Assembly (NCBI GenBank): GCA_048270185.1
Contig: JBLWTJ010000002.1
Location: 416,001 to 480,000 of the forward strand
DNA: 64,000 bases
Direction: 5' to 3'
Source: Bacteriovoracaceae bacterium
Lineage (GTDB): Bacteria; Bdellovibrionota; Bacteriovoracia; Bacteriovoracales; Bacteriovoracaceae
Shown here: one piece after another, positions 59,198 through 64,000 of the stretch
Layout of the letters: every line of letters starts with the position of its first letter
Numbering within the stretch: the stretch's first letter is position 1
The notes under the pieces: generated by a model
Database searches by the model: none
What the model was told of the DNA's origin: nothing
Seen by the model: only the letters and a program-made list of their open reading frames with translations
Made by a program: the position numbers and the translations under genes

Positions 59198-60346
59198 TTA
59201 TTTGCTAAAAGTTAACTTATAATCTGCAGTTGCTCCTTTGTACCCGTAAACCTTAATATAGTATACGTTAGAGCTATTTACTTTTAATCTTACTGCTTCA
59301 TTATCTGTTGAAGATTGTTTCTTCGATACGGCTTCAAATTTTCCATTTACTTTCTTGTAAACGATAAAGTCGAGATCACCCTCACTATGCTTAAAGAAGA
59401 TTCTAAAGTCTAAGATCTTCCCTGCTGTCATTTCTACTTTGTAGAAATCAACGTCACTTGCACTTGAGATTGAAAAGCTCTTTGAAGTTCCCGAAGCTAA
59501 AGTGATGGCAGTTTCAAAAGAAGTTCCATCTTGAGTGTTATCATCTGAGCTATCATCGTCACTATCATCTCCTGTCGTGAAAACCGTTGGAAAGTTATCG
59601 TTGATGTGTGGAACGATTTTACTCATTGGAACACCACCGTTTTTAACACCACGTCCTCCCCAGCTTCCACCGTATCCAGCGTGGTGAATGGCAAATACTT
59701 TATTCGAGTCGGCATTAAACACTGGTGAACCTGAAGAACCACCAAGAGTATCTGCATCGTAGAAAACATCTGTAGCAAATCCTACAACTTTCCCTTCAGA
59801 TACTTTCTTACTCCAGTCACAGTAGTAATCAGTGTAGTAGTCACAGTTTTGGTGAATAACATAAACACTATCGCCTTCAACTGCCTCAGTTGTATCTAAT
59901 TCAACCTTTCCATATGTTTGACCAGGCATCCCGCTACATTTAACAAGTGCGTAGTCTAGAGTTTCATCATTTCCAATAAATTCACTACACGTGATTTCGG
60001 CCCAATTTTCTTTTGAAACACCCTTTTCGTGTTTCATAAAAACTTTCATTCCCACAACATCAGAAGCACTTCCGATACAGTGATGATTTGTCATCAGCAC
60101 ACTGTCAGTAATTAGAAAACCAGTACAACGTCCACCATTTGAAAATTGAACATCTGCAACTGCTTTAGAATTTTTCCTAATATCGCTTGAATCATCAAAG
60201 GCAATGGCCTCTGTCCAATTAACTTCACCTACAATAATCGAGCCTGATGTAATATCAACGGCCGAACCTGGTGAAACTGATTTTCCGCATGATGTTGCGA
60301 ATACAGTTGATAAAGCGACTAAAACTAACATTTGCTTCTTAAACAT
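59198..60346 (-). CDS. Trypsin-like serine protease lipoprotein with C-terminal PPC domain
   Basis: Lipobox FATSC, CTGFL..TNHHC, LDYA, GGSSGSP; DVDFY..GDLD PPC-like tail. Confidence 0.88.
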   Translation of the reverse strand: MFKKQMLVLVALSTVFATSCGKSVSPGSAVDITSGSIIVGEVNWTEAIAFDDSSDIRKNSKAVADVQFSNGGRCTGFLITDSVLMTNHHCIGSASDVVGMKVFMKHEKGVSKENWAEITCSEFIGNDETLDYALVKCSGMPGQTYGKVELDTTEAVEGDSVYVIHQNCDYYTDYYCDWSKKVSEGKVVGFATDVFYDADTLGGSSGSPVFNADSNKVFAIHHAGYGGSWGGRGVKNGGVPMSKIVPHINDNFPTVFTTGDDSDDDSSDDNTQDGTSFETAITLASGTSKSFSISSASDVDFYKVEMTAGKILDFRIFFKHSEGDLDFIVYKKVNGKFEAVSKKQSSTDNEAVRLKVNSSNVYYIKVYGYKGATADYKLTFSK

Positions 60347-60539
60347 ACCCTCTCTCCTCGAATCGTCCTGCTAGGAATTCCCAAGTTCTCTCTTTGAACT
60401 TTGTGAATGGGTAAGTTATAAAAAATTAAATATACTTAAAGAATACAAGGACTTAATTTACATACTAAAAAGGCCTAGATTTAAGCAAATGTAAGAAAAT
60501 ACACCATTATTACAGAGATTAATGGTGCTAAAAAGTCAC

Positions 60540-61469
60540 CTAATCAATAGGTACTATTGATACATCATTATTTTTGTAGCTTTTTAGTTCTTTGGGAATA
60601 ATTTTAAGAATAGTCTCTTCTAGGGCGTCAATAACCTTCTCCTTATGGAAAATTCTCCCATAAGCTATTGAAACTTCGCGTGTAGGTATTGGTGGCGCAA
60701 AAGAGCGTACCATTTTCTTTCTAATTCCATGAATATCGAGCATATCGAGATGTGGAATGATTGTGTAGCCACTATCTTTGGCAACGAGATTTTTAATTGT
60801 CTCTAGTGAACCGCTTTCGAAGTGATGGTAGCCCTTAACTTTCTTACAAAGATTTAGAACCTGGCCACGAAGACAGTGCCCTTCTTGAAGAAGCCATAGG
60901 CCATCTTTATCAAGGTCATCATACTCAAGCTGTTTCTTATTAAAGAGCTCATGGTCTTTTGAAACAAAACCATAGAGTGGTTCATAGAATAAAACTCTCT
61001 CAACAAGTTGATTATTATGTAATGGTGTTACAAGAAGTCCTGCATCAAGTTCATCGCGATCGAGCTTATCAATAATCTCTTCAGTTGTTCTCTCTTCAAT
61101 GATCAATTCTACTTTTGGAAATTCTTTAACGAAGCGACTTAGGAAAAGTGGAACGAGGTATGGAGCAAGAGTTGGAATAACACCGAGCTTGAACTCACCT
61201 TCAATTCCAACAATTGGATCACTTGCAATATCTTTTAATTTTTTAAACTCTTTATTTACGACACGAGCTTGGGCGATAAATGTTTCACCTTCAATTGTAG
61301 GTACAATTGGATTTTTCGATCGATCAAATATAACAAAACCAAGACTGTCTTCGAGCTTTTGTATTTGCATACTAAGAGTCGGCTGAGAAACATGACATTC
61401 TTCTGATGCTTTTCTAAAGTGTCGATGCTTATCAACGGCCAGTACGTATTCGAGTTGTGTAATGGTCAT
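60540..61469 (-). CDS. oxyR: H2O2-sensing LysR regulator OxyR
   Basis: LysR HTH, IPTLAPYL, EGHCLRGQVLNLC with both redox cysteines. Confidence 0.88.
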   Translation of the reverse strand: MTITQLEYVLAVDKHRHFRKASEECHVSQPTLSMQIQKLEDSLGFVIFDRSKNPIVPTIEGETFIAQARVVNKEFKKLKDIASDPIVGIEGEFKLGVIPTLAPYLVPLFLSRFVKEFPKVELIIEERTTEEIIDKLDRDELDAGLLVTPLHNNQLVERVLFYEPLYGFVSKDHELFNKKQLEYDDLDKDGLWLLQEGHCLRGQVLNLCKKVKGYHHFESGSLETIKNLVAKDSGYTIIPHLDMLDIHGIRKKMVRSFAPPIPTREVSIAYGRIFHKEKVIDALEETILKIIPKELKSYKNNDVSIVPID

Positions 61470-61532
61470 ATTTCTTTCCCAAGCTTGATTTATAATATCT
61501 ATACTATATTATACTTCATAATCGGAGTCTAT

Positions 61533-62942
61533 ATGCAGAACAAAATCGACCTATACCAAAGTCTTACAACTTTGGACTTAATTATATTTTTCGCCATTCT
61601 CTTATTAACAATTGCAAGTGTAATCTACGGGCAATACCGAATGAATAAGACAAGTGAGAAAGAAACATTTCTCGACCTACTAATCATGGGGCGAAGACTT
61701 ACTCTTCCTCTATTCGTGGCAACACTTGTTGCAACTTGGTATGGGGGAATTTTTGGTGTAACAGAAATTGCATTTAACCAAGGAATTTATAATTTCGTTA
61801 CTCAAGGTGTTTTCTGGTATGTCGCTTATATTATATTTGCACTTTTCTTAATTAAAAAAATTGAACCATACAAAGCAGTTACTCTTCCAAACTTGGTCGA
61901 GAAAATGTTTGGACCTAAGTCAGCAAAACTTACGGCCATCTTTAACTTCTTCAACGTCATCCCAGTCGCCTATGCCATTAGTCTTGGAATCTTTTTACAA
62001 CTTATTTTTGGTGGTAGTTTATTATTTAATACTTCAATTGGTGTAACTTTTGTCGTTCTCTACTCAATGTGGGGAGGACTTCGTTCAGTAGTTTTTTCTG
62101 ACTTAATTCAATTCTTTGTCATGTGTATTGCTGTTGCTCTGGTTCTTGGATTTTCATACTTTGAATTTGGTGGCATTTCATTTCTCAAGGCAAATTTACC
62201 GGAGAGCTATTGGTCACTAACAGGGAAGAACTCTGTTGCCACAACATTTGTCTGGGGATTTATTGCTCTTTCAACTCTTGTAGATCCAAACTTTTACCAG
62301 CGCTGTTTTTCAGCAACAAGCTCTGCTGTTTCTAAAAAAGGTATTTTGATCTCAACCGCTATTTGGTTCTGTTTTGATATTTGCACAACCTTTGGAGCAA
62401 TGTATGCCAAGGCCGTTATCCCAGAAGCACAAAGTGGTCATGCTTACTTAACATATGCAATTCAAATTCTACCTGATGGATTAAGAGGATTTATGCTAGC
62501 AGGGATTATTGCAACCATTCTTTCAACTCTTGATTCATACCTCTTTATTGCTGGAACAAATCTCGCTTATGACCTTGCACCAAGGAAATTCAAAGGAAAA
62601 ATATGGGTTCACCACTTTGGTGTTATCTTCGTTGCCATTTTAACCGTAATTATGTCTGAATATTTTCAAGGTAATATCAAGGCCGTTTGGAAGACTCTGG
62701 GTTCTTTTTCCGCATCGTGTCTATTACTTCCAGTGCTTTATGGCTATGTCTTCCCTAAGAGAATCTCAGACATGCAATTCGTAACAGCCTGTTTAATGGG
62801 GGTTGTGACAACTGCAACATGGCGTCATATTCCCAAGCAAGGCTTCTACAATAATATTGATGAACTTTACATCGGGATTATCGCTACGAGTCTAACACTA
62901 TTTCTGTACCACCTAATTAGGGATAAAAAAGTAGTCGGATAA
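61533..62942 (+). CDS. Sodium:solute symporter family protein
   Basis: LVATWYGG, GGLRSVVFSDLIQF, YQRCFSA, ATILSTLDS; ATG 61533 after GGAG. Confidence 0.9.
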   Translation: MQNKIDLYQSLTTLDLIIFFAILLLTIASVIYGQYRMNKTSEKETFLDLLIMGRRLTLPLFVATLVATWYGGIFGVTEIAFNQGIYNFVTQGVFWYVAYIIFALFLIKKIEPYKAVTLPNLVEKMFGPKSAKLTAIFNFFNVIPVAYAISLGIFLQLIFGGSLLFNTSIGVTFVVLYSMWGGLRSVVFSDLIQFFVMCIAVALVLGFSYFEFGGISFLKANLPESYWSLTGKNSVATTFVWGFIALSTLVDPNFYQRCFSATSSAVSKKGILISTAIWFCFDICTTFGAMYAKAVIPEAQSGHAYLTYAIQILPDGLRGFMLAGIIATILSTLDSYLFIAGTNLAYDLAPRKFKGKIWVHHFGVIFVAILTVIMSEYFQGNIKAVWKTLGSFSASCLLLPVLYGYVFPKRISDMQFVTACLMGVVTTATWRHIPKQGFYNNIDELYIGIIATSLTLFLYHLIRDKKVVG

Positions 62943-63003
62943 GGGGCGAAAAGTGTATGCTTAGTGCTTAATTTCATAGGGATTTTAAGCCAAAGGATTA
63001 CAT

Positions 63004-64000
63004 ATGTCTGATTCAAAAAAAATCGAAGACAAGTCTCACGCAGACAAGCAAAAAATTGAAAAAGCACTTAACTACCACTCAATGGGTCGCCCAGGAAAAA
63101 TCGAAGTTATCGCAACTAAGCCTTGCTTAACAGCTTCTGATTTAACGAAAGCATATTCACCAGGTGTTGCCCACCCATGTTTAGAGATCGCAAAGAACCC
63201 TGAAGATGTTTACAAATACACAGCGAAAGGAAACTTAGTTGGTGTTGTATCTAACGGTTCAGCTGTTCTAGGACTAGGAAATATCGGTCCAGCTGCAGGA
63301 AAGCCTGTTATGGAAGGAAAAGGTATTCTCTTTAAGCGTTTCGCTGATATTGATGTTTTTGACATTGAAGTTGATGAGTCAACTGTTGATGGAATGGTAA
63401 ACGTTGTAAAAGCTCTTGAGCCTACTTTTGGTGGGATCAATCTTGAAGATATTAAAGCACCAGAGTGTTTTGAAATCGAAAAGCAACTAATCGAGAAGAT
63501 GGATATTCCTGTTTTTCACGATGACCAACACGGTACTGCCATTATCGCTGCCGCAGGATTTATCAATGCTCTCGAAATTTCTAAAAAGAAAATTGATAAG
63601 GTAAAAGTTGTCTTCTCAGGAGCTGGTGCAGCCTCGATGGCATGTGCAAAGCTATTCTTCCACCTGGGAGTTAAGAGAGATAATCTACTAATGACAGACT
63701 CTCGCGGAGTTATTTATAAAGGCCGTGAAAGCGGAATGAATGAATATAAAGAAGAGTTCGCAGTTGAGACAAAAGCCAGAACTCTTGGAGATGCAATGGT
63801 TGATGCTGACGTATTCATCGGTTGTTCTGCAAAGGGTGTTCTTACAAAAGAAATGGTTAAGACAATGGCAAAGAGTCCAATTATCTTTGCCATGGCAAAC
63901 CCGGATCCAGAAATTCTTCCAAGTGAAGTAGAAGAAGTACGTGATGATGCAATTATGGCAACAGGACGTTCTGACTTCCCTAACCAAGTTAACAACGTTC
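63004..64000 (+). CDS. maeB: NADP-dependent malic enzyme (partial, runs off window)
   Basis: Not in the ORF track. Hand translation gives ALNYH...[52 protein letters not shown]. Confidence 0.93.
   Translation, partial: MSDSKKIEDKSHADKQKIEKALNYHSMGRPGKIEVIATKPCLTASDLTKAYSPGVAHPCLEIAKNPEDVYKYTAKGNLVGVVSNGSAVLGLGNIGPAAGKPVMEGKGILFKRFADIDVFDIEVDESTVDGMVNVVKALEPTFGGINLEDIKAPECFEIEKQLIEKMDIPVFHDDQHGTAIIAAAGFINALEISKKKIDKVKVVFSGAGAASMACAKLFFHLGVKRDNLLMTDSRGVIYKGRESGMNEYKEEFAVETKARTLGDAMVDADVFIGCSAKGVLTKEMVKTMAKSPIIFAMANPDPEILPSEVEEVRDDAIMATGRSDFPNQVNNV

Noticed and set aside
1029..63995. Many short ORFs in the track overlapping long genes (e.g. 1029-1235, 3100-3381, 29134-29439, 56983-57348, 63688-63995)
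   Set aside because: Antisense or off-frame shadows of well-supported genes, including flhF and maeB, which the track missed because they cross the window edges.

Overview
AT-rich bacterial chromosome segment. Gene content and style (flagellar export cluster, many secreted hypotheticals, RxPAS motifs, sigma28-like promoters) suggest a predatory Bdellovibrionota bacterium (Bacteriovorax/Halobacteriovorax-like); this is inference. 1-9.7 kb holds the fliL-fliM-fliN-fliO-fliP-fliQ-fliR-flhB-flhA-flhF operon on the minus strand, and FlhF has degenerate GTPase motifs. 10-33 kb and 45.8-64 kb are mostly housekeeping genes (HU, DsbA, uvrC, murJ, feoAB, purA, mtaB, oxyR, maeB), with several structured intergenic repeats. 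The main accessory region is a tandem genomic island at the 3' end of tRNA-Glu(TTC), about 33.4-45.5 kb, delimited by three copies of the tRNA 3' end. Module 1 has no integrase and carries a PD-(D/E)xK nuclease and an RnlAB-like HEPN toxin-antitoxin pair. Module 2 carries a tyrosine integrase, an HTH excisionase-like gene, a replication-relaxation-type gene and a four-gene cassette. The cassette encodes Fic-wHTH, an Abi-type reverse transcriptase ending in a C4 zinc ribbon plus an SSB-like DDIPF tail, a zinc-ribbon/restriction-endonuclease fusion, and a pentapeptide-repeat/K+-channel-like fusion, and is preceded by a 29-bp TATCCA/TGGATA inverted repeat. This cassette is the best candidate for an undescribed anti-phage system. 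All family calls come from motif recognition by eye, not from database searches.
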